From: an uncultured Gammaproteobacteria bacterium
Lineage (GTDB): Bacteria; Patescibacteriota; Microgenomatia; UBA10105; UBA927
Direction: 5' to 3'
DNA length: 64,000 nucleotides
Assembly: GCA_964588145.1 (NCBI GenBank)
Contig: CAZPNL010000001.1
Coordinates: forward strand, 11,306-75,305
Position 1 is the first letter of the stretch, and every line of letters begins with the position of its first letter. This document shows, piece by piece, positions 9,432 through 19,903 of the stretch. The notes under the pieces were generated by a model. It was not told where the DNA came from, did not search any database, and saw only the letters and a list, made by a program, of their open reading frames with translations. Position numbers and translations under genes: made by a program.

Positions 9432-11575
9432 TATTAATTCCTGTGATTTTGTACTCTGCGATACTGTTTGTCGTACTATTTTCCGTATTATTTTTGGATT
9501 CTCAACATCTATTATTTGGTGATGATATCCATAGGAATTATTATTTTTATCGAACATTTGTCAATCAAAGTCTGTCCGAAGGTAGGCTGCCTCTTTGGAA
9601 TCCTTATATATTTTCTGGTGTGCCCTTTATTGGGAATGCGATTGTAAATTTTTGGTATCCTCTCACGTGGTTGTATGTATTCTTGCCGTTACGTTTGGCT
9701 TTTTCGTGGCATGTGTATGCACACATCCTTTGGGCTATGTGTGGCATGTATGTGTTATTGCGTTCTAAGATGGCTTCCGTGCCTGCATTTATAGGTGGAA
9801 TTTTTTTTGGATTGTCTGGGTTTTTTATGTCTAGAATATGGGCGGGACATATGGATGTGATAGCAGCAGCATCGTATATCCCTTGGAGTTTTACTGCATT
9901 TGATGCTCTTATGCGTGCTGATCGGAAGCATGTACGATCATCGCTTGTGATAGCGAGCGTAGCATTTGCAGCTCAATTGTTTGCTGGGTATCAAACGATG
10001 GCATTTTTTACAGTAGAAGCACTCGGTATCTATATAGTTTGTACAAGTATTTCTTTGAAAAGCCTGCGCCCCTTCCTGCTTTGTGGCATGGCAGGGTTAC
10101 TGGCAATGGGGGCATCCAGTATACAAACTTATCCTGTGCAGGAATTTTTTCGTCAGGGTATACGAACATTTCAGTTTCCTTATGAGTGGATAACGTATGG
10201 ATCGATGACGCTTGAAAGTTTGTGGCAATTGTATGATCCGTTTCATTTTGGAGATCAACATACTTATGCAGGTCCACCACCAAATTATCATGAGCATGCG
10301 GCGTATTTTGGTAAAGTAGGTTTATTTTTCTTTTGCATGAGTCTTTTATGGTTAGTTGTGCAAACGGTTAGACGAAATTTAGGAATCAAAGATCATGTAA
10401 ATCATCGTGAAAAAGGAAATGTAGTATTTTTTGGGTCGATGGTTGCAGTTGCTTTTTTTACCATTTGGATCTCTCTAGGGTCAAATGCAATTGTTGATTT
10501 ACAAAAAATACTATGGCAAATCGTGCCTATGTATCATTATCTTCGATTTCCTCCGAGACATATGGTGCTTTTTGTTTTTTCCGGATCCGTACTGGCAGCA
10601 TATGGTGTATCTTTGCTTAAATATTTCAAAATACAGCTTGTAGTGTTGGTATTAATATTATATGAGTTAATCCCTTATGGGAGACATTTTATCGCAAGTC
10701 AGCTAGTGCCTGAAGATAGACATGATCCATATTTGGTGTCTCAGTTACAGCCCAAAAATGATGAACTCTTTCGTTACTTACCAAATTTTGGTGTATGGCT
10801 TGAGCCGCGCAATAGCATGGATCCTGATGCTGCTATGATGTATGGGCATTTTGATAGTACGGGGTATGATCCATCTATACTAAAATCGTATTACCAATTC
10901 GTTGATGCATCACTGGGGAATGCTACACCGAGCATACTTCAGCATGATGTACAGGTTCCATATATGAATTTAGGTAGCAGCTCTGTGGATTTTCTCAATA
11001 TTAAATACGTTTTATTGCCTACGTTTGCAGATACACTGCATGGTGTCGTATCAAAATATCGGCTTGTGAAAGAGGATTTGGAACGACAATATAGATTGTA
11101 TGAAAATACTCAGGTGCTCCCACGGTTTTATTTTGTTGATCAGGCACGTTACTTTTCTACGTCAGAAGCAGTGTATGCTGAAATCGCCTCAGGATTTTCC
11201 AAATATGCCCACGAAGTCCTCATTGAAGGAGCAGTTGAGCTTGTTAAGCCGTGCACAACTATCAGTCCGGGAAGCGTATCTATCATTTCGTATACAAATA
11301 ATGAGATTGTTCTTCAAACATCGAGAGAATGTCCTGGTTACTTAGTATCCAGTGAAGTATATTATCCTGGTTGGTCTGCTCGTATAGATGGAGTTCCAAC
11401 GAATATATACAAAAGTAATTTGTCGTTTCGAAGCGTATTGTTGCCACAAGGTACTCATAGAGTAGTCTTTTCCTATCAGCCAATCAGTGTATGGATTGGA
11501 GCTGCGGTCACAGGGATTACGATATTACTCCTATACTATCTGTGGAAACATCCAGAAAACACAGGATTACTATGA
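9410..11575 (+). CDS. YfhO-family membrane glycosyltransferase-like protein (tandem paralog)
   Basis: Start moved to ATG 9410 (MVKKAFLILIP...). Its N-terminus LLFGDDIHRNYYFYRTFVNQ aligns with the upstream paralog's MLFGDDIDRLSYFWISFFNQ. The C-terminus SEVYYPGWSARIDGVPTNIYKSNLSFRSVLLPQGTHRVVFSYQP carries the YfhO signature. Confidence 0.65.
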   Translation: MVKKAFLILIPVILYSAILFVVLFSVLFLDSQHLLFGDDIHRNYYFYRTFVNQSLSEGRLPLWNPYIFSGVPFIGNAIVNFWYPLTWLYVFLPLRLAFSWHVYAHILWAMCGMYVLLRSKMASVPAFIGGIFFGLSGFFMSRIWAGHMDVIAAASYIPWSFTAFDALMRADRKHVRSSLVIASVAFAAQLFAGYQTMAFFTVEALGIYIVCTSISLKSLRPFLLCGMAGLLAMGASSIQTYPVQEFFRQGIRTFQFPYEWITYGSMTLESLWQLYDPFHFGDQHTYAGPPPNYHEHAAYFGKVGLFFFCMSLLWLVVQTVRRNLGIKDHVNHREKGNVVFFGSMVAVAFFTIWISLGSNAIVDLQKILWQIVPMYHYLRFPPRHMVLFVFSGSVLAAYGVSLLKYFKIQLVVLVLILYELIPYGRHFIASQLVPEDRHDPYLVSQLQPKNDELFRYLPNFGVWLEPRNSMDPDAAMMYGHFDSTGYDPSILKSYYQFVDASLGNATPSILQHDVQVPYMNLGSSSVDFLNIKYVLLPTFADTLHGVVSKYRLVKEDLERQYRLYENTQVLPRFYFVDQARYFSTSEAVYAEIASGFSKYAHEVLIEGAVELVKPCTTISPGSVSIISYTNNEIVLQTSRECPGYLVSSEVYYPGWSARIDGVPTNIYKSNLSFRSVLLPQGTHRVVFSYQPISVWIGAAVTGITILLLYYLWKHPENTGLL

Positions 11576-13203
11576 ATCTTAGATTGCGACATATAGGAAG
11601 AAACATATTGGCAACACCTCGTAGTCTTTGGCTATTTACTTTTGTTGTCGTTGTTTTGGGGATGACGGGGACACTCGTGGAATGGTTTATGACTCCAGCT
11701 ACTCGAGTATACGGAGGATATCATGGATTTTCCCCTGATTATATAGGGTATGTATCTTATATTAAGCAGGGAAGCGTTGGGGGATGGTATATGACTTTTC
11801 GGTCTTACCCTCTGGATCAACCATTTACTTTTATCCATATTTTTTATACGTTCATGGGAAAAATTGGCGGTGTATTTACATTTTCTGCTCCACTAATCTA
11901 TCATTTGAGTAGAGCCATACTTGGAGTTGTGTTAATTTTTGTGACATACAGGTTTTATAAGATATTTTTGTCACACACAAATGCCATGATTGGTTTAGTA
12001 GGTGCATATGTGTTGACTCCCATAGGGTGGCTTGCTTCACAAAATGGTGTTTGGAATGTGCAACGACTAGCTGTTTTTCCTTTTGCTCAAAATTGGGTGG
12101 AGAGGATTACCACCAGGCCTCATTATATTGCTGGATCCATAGTGTTTATATTAATTTTTGAAGTAGTTCTTCGTATGCCATATAAATCGGGGCTATATAA
12201 AATAGGTGCTGTATTGGCACTTTTAGGAGCAAGCTTAAGTATAATCCACCCATCGTTTGGTATCTTGTGTGCAGTCGTACTTGTTGCGATCCTTAGTTTC
12301 AATACTTTGAGATTGAAAATAAAGCCTATTGTGCAGATGCATATCCTTTTTGGGCTTATTGGTGTGATAGTAGGTTTAGGACTCATATATTGGTCAATAC
12401 TGAGACAACAAGCCTACGGCATAAAGTGGCTTGATGCATATGTGTATACGGATATGTTCAATTTTGAAAGTATTAAAACAACTATATTGGCTATCGGACC
12501 GCTGCTATGGTTTGGATTTATAGGATTGATGTGGTCGATCAGGAAAAAAGATAGTAACTACGTGCATGTATGGCTTTGGATTGTCTTGCAGCTTGTGTTA
12601 TTTGTGTATGGATATAAATTTATCAACTCTGATAGAGTACGTTTTTTACAGGGGTTATATTTTGTTCCACTCGGTTTAGGATTTGCACTTTTTATTGAAA
12701 AGATTCGTCAAATTTTTCATCATCACGTGGCAGCTTTAGCCCTAGCTATTTGCATATTGTTGTCAGTGCCTTGCATTGTAGATGATTTAAAGCGAGGGAT
12801 AGGGGAGTATACGGATTTTGCTGACTTTAGTATTGCGACATTCCCTTCAAGATTTATGTATGACGCATACAAATATCTTAATGATCACTCACCTGTTGAA
12901 AGTGTGGTCATAGCTCGGTGGGAGGCAAGTAGTAATCTCATGCTTTTTAGTCACAATAGAGTGCTAGGAAATACGATCGCGTGGCCTGAAGAAGCAGGAA
13001 AAATTATGGATCACCAAAAAGATATTTTTTTTACAGCAACACTTTCTGAAGAAGATGCGCTAAAATATTTAGATTCTTATAATGTGCAATATATATATTA
13101 TGGATATCAAGAAAAATCATTAGGTGATATATCTCGGTATTCGTTTGTCCATCCAATATTTGAAAATCAAGATGCGACGATTTTTGAGGTAAAACGAAGC
13201 TGA
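11572..13203 (+). CDS. polytopic membrane protein, uncharacterised GT-C-like paralog family (member 3 of 5)
   Basis: Start at ATG 11572 overlaps the upstream stop (ATGA). First loop GFSPDYIGYVSYIKQGSVGGWYMTFRSYP. Conserved C-terminal domain. Confidence 0.55.
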   Translation: MNLRLRHIGRNILATPRSLWLFTFVVVVLGMTGTLVEWFMTPATRVYGGYHGFSPDYIGYVSYIKQGSVGGWYMTFRSYPLDQPFTFIHIFYTFMGKIGGVFTFSAPLIYHLSRAILGVVLIFVTYRFYKIFLSHTNAMIGLVGAYVLTPIGWLASQNGVWNVQRLAVFPFAQNWVERITTRPHYIAGSIVFILIFEVVLRMPYKSGLYKIGAVLALLGASLSIIHPSFGILCAVVLVAILSFNTLRLKIKPIVQMHILFGLIGVIVGLGLIYWSILRQQAYGIKWLDAYVYTDMFNFESIKTTILAIGPLLWFGFIGLMWSIRKKDSNYVHVWLWIVLQLVLFVYGYKFINSDRVRFLQGLYFVPLGLGFALFIEKIRQIFHHHVAALALAICILLSVPCIVDDLKRGIGEYTDFADFSIATFPSRFMYDAYKYLNDHSPVESVVIARWEASSNLMLFSHNRVLGNTIAWPEEAGKIMDHQKDIFFTATLSEEDALKYLDSYNVQYIYYGYQEKSLGDISRYSFVHPIFENQDATIFEVKRS

Positions 13204-13241
13204 TTTCTATGATATACTGATGCTCTTGGAGGAATTATTTT

Positions 13242-14231
13242 ATGAAATCTATCGTAACAGGAGGGTTAGGATTTATAGGCGGTCATTTGGTGGAACAGTT
13301 GGCGGCTCTGGGACATATGGTAGTCGCACTAGATTATATTCCTGCTGGTACAAAGAGAAAGATAGACAAGGTAAAACATAAAAATGTTTCCTATCATGAT
13401 GTTGATATTACTAAAGCAGAGCTTATAGATAATCCGATATTTAAAGATGTAGATTGGGTGTTTCATTTGGCTGGGAGAAGCGATATTGTTCCATCTATTA
13501 CTAATCCAGTTGCATATCACGCAGTAAATGTTACGGGTACAGTGCATGTGCTTGAAGCAGCTAGGAAAAATTGCGTCAAGCGTTTTGTCTATGCAGCATC
13601 TTCTTCTTGTTACGGATTTCCGGATGTGTTTCCAACTTCTGAGACAGCGCAAGTAAAGCCAGAGTACCCATATGCGTTGACCAAGTGGATGGGTGAACAG
13701 TATGTGCTCCATTGGGCACGTGTATATAAGCTTCCAACAATCAGTTTACGTTTTTTTAATGTATTTGGTCCCCGCTCACGTGTGTCAGATGATTATGGAC
13801 CAGTGTTTAGTACATTTATCCCACAATTATTAGCTAGCGCTCCATTTACCGTGGTGGGGGATGGGAGTCAGTCGCGTGACTTTACTTTTGTTACAGATGT
13901 TGCAGATGCATGTATTTCGGCTGCATCATCTGATGTGGTAGGTGAGGTGTTTAACGTAGGTAGCGGTGGAACTTATACTATCAATCATCTCGTCAAGTTG
14001 CTGGGTGGTGGGAATGTTGTCAATATGCCTAAGCGGCCTGGTGAACCTGACAAGACGCATGCAGATATAACAAAAATCAAGAAGATGTTGGGTTGGAAGC
14101 CAAAAATAAGTTTTGAAGAAGGTGTCAAAATAGTATTGTCTCAAAAGGAATATTGGAAAAATGCTCCTGTTTGGTCTGCTATCGATATACAAAAAGCAAC
14201 CAAAGATTGGTTCACATATCTTTCTAAATAA
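13242..14231 (+). CDS. NAD-dependent epimerase/dehydratase (extended SDR, GalE/UXS-like)
   Basis: N-terminal Rossmann motif TGGLGFIGGHL. Catalytic YALTK (YxxxK) and ASSSCYG motifs. GGAGG Shine-Dalgarno 9 nt upstream. Confidence 0.75.
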   Translation: MKSIVTGGLGFIGGHLVEQLAALGHMVVALDYIPAGTKRKIDKVKHKNVSYHDVDITKAELIDNPIFKDVDWVFHLAGRSDIVPSITNPVAYHAVNVTGTVHVLEAARKNCVKRFVYAASSSCYGFPDVFPTSETAQVKPEYPYALTKWMGEQYVLHWARVYKLPTISLRFFNVFGPRSRVSDDYGPVFSTFIPQLLASAPFTVVGDGSQSRDFTFVTDVADACISAASSDVVGEVFNVGSGGTYTINHLVKLLGGGNVVNMPKRPGEPDKTHADITKIKKMLGWKPKISFEEGVKIVLSQKEYWKNAPVWSAIDIQKATKDWFTYLSK

Positions 14232-14308
14232 GAATTTAGACATTTAGTTTTGTCTTCAAGTATGAAGTGTGTGTGTTGCTGTTGATTATTGGGAGAAATA
14301 GAATTTAT

Positions 14309-15052
14309 ATGAAATTATACGAACAAACACGTGAGGTCATTTATGATACACAAAATAAAGATCCATTTTTTTGGTATCTGACGCGTAAACTTTTTAGTTC
14401 TGTAGATGTACAGCGCGGCGGCGTTGTGTTAGATCTTGGATGTGGATCCGGAAGGAATACGTTTTATGCAGCTCAATTAGGGCTTACTGCTATAGGTGTG
14501 GATTATATGCAAAAGGCTGTTGAAAATGGTAATGCACATGCAAAGAGCGAGGGTGTTTCAAAACGAGTCAAGTTTGTACGGGCAGATTTAACAAAGCTTC
14601 GACCAAAACAATTTGGACTCGTAGATTATGTGATCCTCAATGAAGTAATTGAGCACATAGAGAATTATCAAAAAATTGTTGATTTTGCCTATGAGAGCTT
14701 AAGACCTGGTGGTAAATTATTGCTCACGACACCAAATGATCCTATATTTTGGACAATTTTAGATGATTATGCGCAGCATGTACGTCGATTTCGTATTTCT
14801 GAAATAGCGAGTGCGTTTCGTCAATTCTCATATGTAGAAATATCGACCGTGGGATTTCCGCTTCATAAACTTGTTATATATTTATATGACAAGTTCTCTG
14901 TGAAAAAGAGAGTGGGGCACAATCCGAAGACATTTCGAAGTAGTTCTATTGTTTCCAAAATGTATTATTTTATCGGTACTATCGTTATGAGTATCGACAA
15001 TTTGTTTCATACTCAAAAAGGTACCACTATTGTAGCGATTGGTACTAAATAG
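14309..15052 (+). CDS. class I SAM-dependent methyltransferase
   Basis: VLDLGCGSGRNTFYAA SAM-binding motif I. Motif-post-I region LLLTTPN. ATG 14309 preferred over the track start 14267 because of the GGGAG SD at 14291. Confidence 0.65.
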   Translation: MKLYEQTREVIYDTQNKDPFFWYLTRKLFSSVDVQRGGVVLDLGCGSGRNTFYAAQLGLTAIGVDYMQKAVENGNAHAKSEGVSKRVKFVRADLTKLRPKQFGLVDYVILNEVIEHIENYQKIVDFAYESLRPGGKLLLTTPNDPIFWTILDDYAQHVRRFRISEIASAFRQFSYVEISTVGFPLHKLVIYLYDKFSVKKRVGHNPKTFRSSSIVSKMYYFIGTIVMSIDNLFHTQKGTTIVAIGTK

Positions 15053-15199
15053 AGAGTATAGATGTTGCTTTTGCATTATTTATATTATCGTATTCAAGTA
15101 TAAATTCATAAAATTTATATGTTCGCAAAAACTTGTAAATCATGTATAGTATTCATAAATCACCTGCCTAAGTTGTCTATACTCGAGTTAAAATATTGG

Positions 15200-15208
15200 T
15201 GATATTAT
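15200..15208 (+). promoter_or_regulatory. extended -10-like element TGaTATTAT 8 nt upstream of ATG (possible leaderless transcript)
   Basis: tgatattat is followed by agattttATG at 15216. No SD is present. Located in a 163-bp AT-rich gap. Confidence 0.2.
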
Positions 15209-15215
15209 AGATTTT

Positions 15216-16754
15216 ATGGGCAGAATGAGTGATACAAAAATTTCAAAAATTAGTGTCCTTGCAAAAACGATTCGCAGGATTAAAAAGGAACACAAGAAGA
15301 TTGTCCTCTGTCATGGAGTTTTTGATCTCATACACCCAGGCCACATACGACATCTACAATCAGCTAAAGAATTTGGTGATATCCTTGTTGTCACAATAAT
15401 CGCAGATAAACATGTAAACAAAGGACCGGGGAGACCAATATTTCATGAAGATTTACGAGCAGAAGTGATTGCATCGCTAGAATTTGTTGATTATGTGGCC
15501 ATTGTTAATAGTGAAACAGCCAAACATGCAATTAATTTGCTTATCCCAGATGTGTATGTAAAAGGTGCGGAACATAAAAATCGGCGGACAAACCCACTTT
15601 CACAACAACAAGAGCTAGATGAAGAAAAAGCTATAAAGGCAGTTGATGGATTAGTTCAATATACAGATGATATTGTATACAGTTCTTCCCATTTAATTAA
15701 TCAATATTTGGCAGTATATCCTACACGGACAAAACAATTTTTAACTCAGTTTCGGAAAAAGTATTCAGATGCATTTGTCATAGAAAAGTTAGCAGCACTT
15801 CGTAAATTATCGGTGCTGGTTATAGGTGATGCGATTATAGATCAATATTATTATTCAAAACCAATGGGCAAGTCGACGAAAGAGCCGATTGCTGTGCACA
15901 AATATTTGTCAGAGGAGTCATTTGCGGGGGGTGCGCTTGCAGCTGCAAACCATGTAAGTGCACTATCTGAAAATGTAACACTTTTGACGCTTTTGGGAAA
16001 GAAAAAATCATTTGAAGGGTTTATACGTAAACATTTGCGTTCAGAAGTATCACCAAAGTTCTTTTATAAAAATAATAGCGGAACCATTATTAAACGTCGT
16101 TTTATAGATGAGCTTACGAAGCAAAAATTATTTCAAATCAGCTATATCAAAGATGAAGATGTGGATGAGAAGTTGGAATCGTCTGTAATAGATTGGTTAA
16201 AAGGCGAACTGCCTAAATATGATGTTGTAATTGTCAACGACTTTGGGCATGGATTTGTGACGAAAAGAATGATTAAGACTATTACAGCACTCGCGAAATT
16301 TTTGGCTGTCAATGTGCAGGCAAATAGTGCAAACTTTGGTTTTAATGTCGTGACCAAATATCCTCGGGCTGATTTTGTCTGTATTGATGATACCGAATTA
16401 CGGTTAGCTATGCACGACAGGTATGGAAATCTAAATTCGCTTGTGAAGCGGATTGGATCTAAATTGAAGTGTAAAGAAATACTCGTTACAAAAGGTCAAC
16501 ATGGATCAGTTGCATATTCAAAAAAGGATGGATATTTGGAAACGCCATCCTTGACTGACAAAGTAGTTGACAGAGTAGGAGCGGGAGATGCATTATTTGC
16601 TATATCATCGCCACTTGTGGCTATGGGGTTTGAGAGAGAGCTCGTAGGATTTGTGGGAAATGTAGCAGGAGCACTTCATGTGCAGACCGTTGGAAACAAG
16701 CGGACTATGCAGTTTGATGAAATGGCCAAATTTATCACGCGATTATTAAAGTGA
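15216..16754 (+). CDS. bifunctional sugar-phosphate nucleotidyltransferase / pfkB-family sugar kinase (HldE/RfaE-like with reversed domain order)
   Basis: The N-terminal 140 aa (CHGVFDLIHPGHIRHLQSAKEFGDILVV...RPIFHEDLRAEVIASLEFVDYV) match the cytidylyltransferase-like RfaE domain II with its HxGH motif. The C-terminal 330 aa (VLVIGDAIIDQYYYSKP ... DRVGAGDALFA) match RfaE domain I heptose-7-P kinase / pfkB kinases. Confidence 0.6.
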   Translation: MGRMSDTKISKISVLAKTIRRIKKEHKKIVLCHGVFDLIHPGHIRHLQSAKEFGDILVVTIIADKHVNKGPGRPIFHEDLRAEVIASLEFVDYVAIVNSETAKHAINLLIPDVYVKGAEHKNRRTNPLSQQQELDEEKAIKAVDGLVQYTDDIVYSSSHLINQYLAVYPTRTKQFLTQFRKKYSDAFVIEKLAALRKLSVLVIGDAIIDQYYYSKPMGKSTKEPIAVHKYLSEESFAGGALAAANHVSALSENVTLLTLLGKKKSFEGFIRKHLRSEVSPKFFYKNNSGTIIKRRFIDELTKQKLFQISYIKDEDVDEKLESSVIDWLKGELPKYDVVIVNDFGHGFVTKRMIKTITALAKFLAVNVQANSANFGFNVVTKYPRADFVCIDDTELRLAMHDRYGNLNSLVKRIGSKLKCKEILVTKGQHGSVAYSKKDGYLETPSLTDKVVDRVGAGDALFAISSPLVAMGFERELVGFVGNVAGALHVQTVGNKRTMQFDEMAKFITRLLK

Positions 16755-16776
16755 TTTAATGAGGAAAGGATATGCT

Positions 16777-17808
16777 ATGAAAAAAACTTCTAAGCAAGGA
16801 GATAAACAAATTCGTCATGTGCTTGTAACAGGTGGTGCAGGATATGTGGGTTCTTCATTAATTCCAAAACTTTTGGATAAGGGCTATGAAGTGACAGTAT
16901 ATGATTTGTATTTGTACGGAAAAGGAGAAGTGGTATTTCCTGCACATGTATCACATAAAAAATTACATCAAGTTCAAGGAGATTTGCGAAACCGAGCACT
17001 ATTGAAACAATCACTTACTGGTGTTGATGCAGTGATCCATTTGGCATGTATATCAAATGATCCAAGTTTTGAGTTGGATCCTGGTTTAGGAAAATCTATC
17101 AATTACGACGCGACTATAGCTCTTATTGATGATGCAAAAGAAGTGGGCGTGCAACGATTTATTTATGCTAGTAGCTCAAGTGTATATGGAGTCAAAGAAG
17201 AAAAGGAAGTGACTGAAGAGCTATCACTTGAGCCACTTACTGATTATTCAAAATTTAAAGCTCTTTGTGAGCCGTATCTTGTAGAAAAAGGTGATGATAT
17301 ATTTACTCCATTGGTACTACGACCAGCAACAGTCTGTGGATATGCACCAAGATTACGGCTTGATTTGACTGTGAATATTTTGACACTGAGTGCATTAGTC
17401 AAACATAAGATAACTGTTCATGGAGGGCAGCAGGAGAGGCCAAATATTCATATAGAGGATATGACAGATGCGTATCTATTTATGCTTGAGCAACCGAAGG
17501 AGAAAATTTTTGGCAAAATCTATAATGTCGGTTTTGACAATATGAAACTCATTGATATAGCAAAAATGGTCAAAAAAGTTATCGGGGACGATAGTATTGA
17601 AATTGAGATCACTCCTACAAATGATTTGCGTTCTTATAGAGTGTCATCCAATAAAGTGGCAAAAGAATTAGGGTTTGTTCCTAATCGTACAGTCGAGGAT
17701 GCTATTTCTGATCTCGTGAAGGCATATAGGGCAGGAAAAATTACTGATGCTTTTCATGATAATAGGTTTTTTAATATAAAAACCATGCAGCAAAAACAGT
17801 TGAAATAA
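16777..17808 (+). CDS. NAD-dependent epimerase/dehydratase (extended SDR)
   Basis: VLVTGGAGYVGSSL motif, YASSSSVYG and YSKFK (YxxxK). ATG 16777 is preferred because the SD GAGGAAAGG sits 7 nt upstream. The track start is 16759. Confidence 0.7.
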   Translation: MKKTSKQGDKQIRHVLVTGGAGYVGSSLIPKLLDKGYEVTVYDLYLYGKGEVVFPAHVSHKKLHQVQGDLRNRALLKQSLTGVDAVIHLACISNDPSFELDPGLGKSINYDATIALIDDAKEVGVQRFIYASSSSVYGVKEEKEVTEELSLEPLTDYSKFKALCEPYLVEKGDDIFTPLVLRPATVCGYAPRLRLDLTVNILTLSALVKHKITVHGGQQERPNIHIEDMTDAYLFMLEQPKEKIFGKIYNVGFDNMKLIDIAKMVKKVIGDDSIEIEITPTNDLRSYRVSSNKVAKELGFVPNRTVEDAISDLVKAYRAGKITDAFHDNRFFNIKTMQQKQLK

Positions 17809-17824
17809 ATTGGCTTAGGTATAC

Positions 17825-18793
17825 ATGACAAATAAAAAATTACGAGATTTATATACAAAACTCCTGTATATACGCAGGGTTGAAGAGCGTATATCGCACG
17901 AATATCAATTTCATGAGATTCGTTGTCCGACACATTTGGCAGTAGGACAAGAAGCGATTGCTGTCGGGATCTGTGACTATCTAAAAACTGAAGATATAGT
18001 TTTTTCTACACACAGGTCACATGCGCACTACTTGGCAAAAGGTGGCGACTTACCAGCGTTTATCGCAGAGCTCTATGGTAAGGCGACAGGATGTGCAAAG
18101 GGATTTGGTGGTTCACAGCATCTCCTTGACCAAAAAGTGAATTTTTGGGGATCCACTCCAATTGTTGCGAGTACTATTCCTGTGGCAGTGGGTGCAGCTT
18201 ATGGCGTTTTTCGGAAAAAAGAAAAGAAAGTAGTTGTGGTGTTTTTTGGTGATGCGGCTACTGAGGAAGGGGTATTTGCGGAAAGTGTGAATTTTGCAGC
18301 ACTCCATGCTCTTCCTGTCATATTTGTCTGTGAAAACAATAGATATTCAACTAACACTCCCATACGGGAAAGACAAATTGATCGGTTCATATTTCCTGTT
18401 GCGCAGGCGCTTGGTGCCAAGGCATTTCACTCTGATGGAAATGATATTGCAAAAGTACGTACCATAGCGAAAAAAGTAGTCAGTAATGCTCGAAGTGGCA
18501 AGGGGCCGCAATTTGTAGAGTTTGAAACATATCGTACCTTGCAACACTGCGGACCCAAGGAAGACCCTCCGGGTTACCGGTCAGAAGGTGAGAAAGAGCA
18601 GTGGAAAAGGAGAGATCCTCTTCTCTTGGCGCAAAAAATGATGAAACAGCAGGGGATGAAGGTTACTGATGAGATTTCAACTATTGAAAAAGACGTACAA
18701 CAATTAGTAGATGCTGCATTTATATTTGCCAAAGAAAGTGCATTGTCTCGTGTTGAGTTAACTGAAGAGTTAATGTATGCAAGTAGGCAATAG
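17825..18793 (+). CDS. thiamine-diphosphate-dependent dehydrogenase E1 component alpha subunit (PDH/acetoin-DH E1-alpha-like)
   Basis: HLAVGQEAIAVG and the ThDP motif FFGDAATEEGVFAESVNFAALHALPVIFVCENNRYS. Confidence 0.75.
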   Translation: MTNKKLRDLYTKLLYIRRVEERISHEYQFHEIRCPTHLAVGQEAIAVGICDYLKTEDIVFSTHRSHAHYLAKGGDLPAFIAELYGKATGCAKGFGGSQHLLDQKVNFWGSTPIVASTIPVAVGAAYGVFRKKEKKVVVVFFGDAATEEGVFAESVNFAALHALPVIFVCENNRYSTNTPIRERQIDRFIFPVAQALGAKAFHSDGNDIAKVRTIAKKVVSNARSGKGPQFVEFETYRTLQHCGPKEDPPGYRSEGEKEQWKRRDPLLLAQKMMKQQGMKVTDEISTIEKDVQQLVDAAFIFAKESALSRVELTEELMYASRQ

Positions 18794-18796
18794 GCT

Positions 18797-19897
18797 ATGA
18801 AAAATACCACACAAAAATTTGATGGAAAAACATGTGAAATGACATACGCAGATGCTATACGTGATGCACTTGATATAGCGCTTGCTCGGGATCCTCTTAC
18901 GTTTGCTATAGGTGAGGGAATTCCTGACCCTAAAGGAGCTTTTGGTACGACTACGGGACTGGCTGCTAAGCATGGTCCTTATCGCATCATGGATATGCCA
19001 GTAAGTGAAAATGGACTTACTGGAGTTGCTATAGGAGCCGCACTTGCGGGTATGCGGCCGATACTCACACACATGCGGATAGATTTTGCATTGCTATCAC
19101 TTGATCAAATTATTAATAATGCTGCCAAATGGTATTACATGTATGGGGGTCAAGTATCAGTGCCAATAGTCATACGGATGATTATTGGTCGCGGATGGGG
19201 TCAAGGGCCACAGCATTCACAGAGTTTGCAGGTGTTATTTGCTCACATTCCTGGTCTAAAGGTCGTGATGCCCGCAACTGCATCTGACGCAAAGGGATTG
19301 TTACTTTCAGCTATAGCCGATCCCAATCCTGTGATTTATATAGAGCACCGGTGGCTTCATAAAGTAACTGGACCTGTGCTCTCTGGATATGTTGAAACAC
19401 CTATTGGATCTGCACGAGTTATAGAAAAAGGCACTGATGTAACTATTGTGTCATCATCATACATGACAGTGGAGTGCTTGAAGGCGCATGGAATTCTCAA
19501 AAAGGCTGGAATACGTGCGGAAGTTGTAGATTTGCGATCGATCAAGCCAATTGACTGGACTACCCTAGAGGCGTCAGTGGGGAAAACGAAGCGACTACTT
19601 GTTGCTGATACGGGACACACGTCGTTTGGTGTATCTGCTGAAATACTCGCACATGTGGCAGAAAAAGGGATATCACTATTGGCTCCACCTGTACGTGTAG
19701 CATCACCAGATTTACCCGTGCCTACTGCTAAACAACTGGCTGAGGCATATTATCCAACTGCAAAAACAATAGTACTTAAAACGCTCCAATTGATGGGCTT
19801 GAGAAAAGAGCAGATAGATGGCATCATATGTGATATAAAAGATACGCCCAATGTGAGCTCAGATCAGCCTGACCCTACATTTACCGGGCCATTTTAA
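18797..19897 (+). CDS. thiamine-diphosphate-dependent dehydrogenase E1 component beta subunit
   Basis: MTYADAIRDALDIALARDPLTFAIGEGIP...RIMDMPVSENGLTGVAIGAALAGMRPI is a transketolase-like pyrimidine-binding domain with a C-terminal domain. No E2/E3 partner lies nearby. Confidence 0.75.
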   Translation: MKNTTQKFDGKTCEMTYADAIRDALDIALARDPLTFAIGEGIPDPKGAFGTTTGLAAKHGPYRIMDMPVSENGLTGVAIGAALAGMRPILTHMRIDFALLSLDQIINNAAKWYYMYGGQVSVPIVIRMIIGRGWGQGPQHSQSLQVLFAHIPGLKVVMPATASDAKGLLLSAIADPNPVIYIEHRWLHKVTGPVLSGYVETPIGSARVIEKGTDVTIVSSSYMTVECLKAHGILKKAGIRAEVVDLRSIKPIDWTTLEASVGKTKRLLVADTGHTSFGVSAEILAHVAEKGISLLAPPVRVASPDLPVPTAKQLAEAYYPTAKTIVLKTLQLMGLRKEQIDGIICDIKDTPNVSSDQPDPTFTGPF

Positions 19898-19903
19898 AAA
19901 TAT

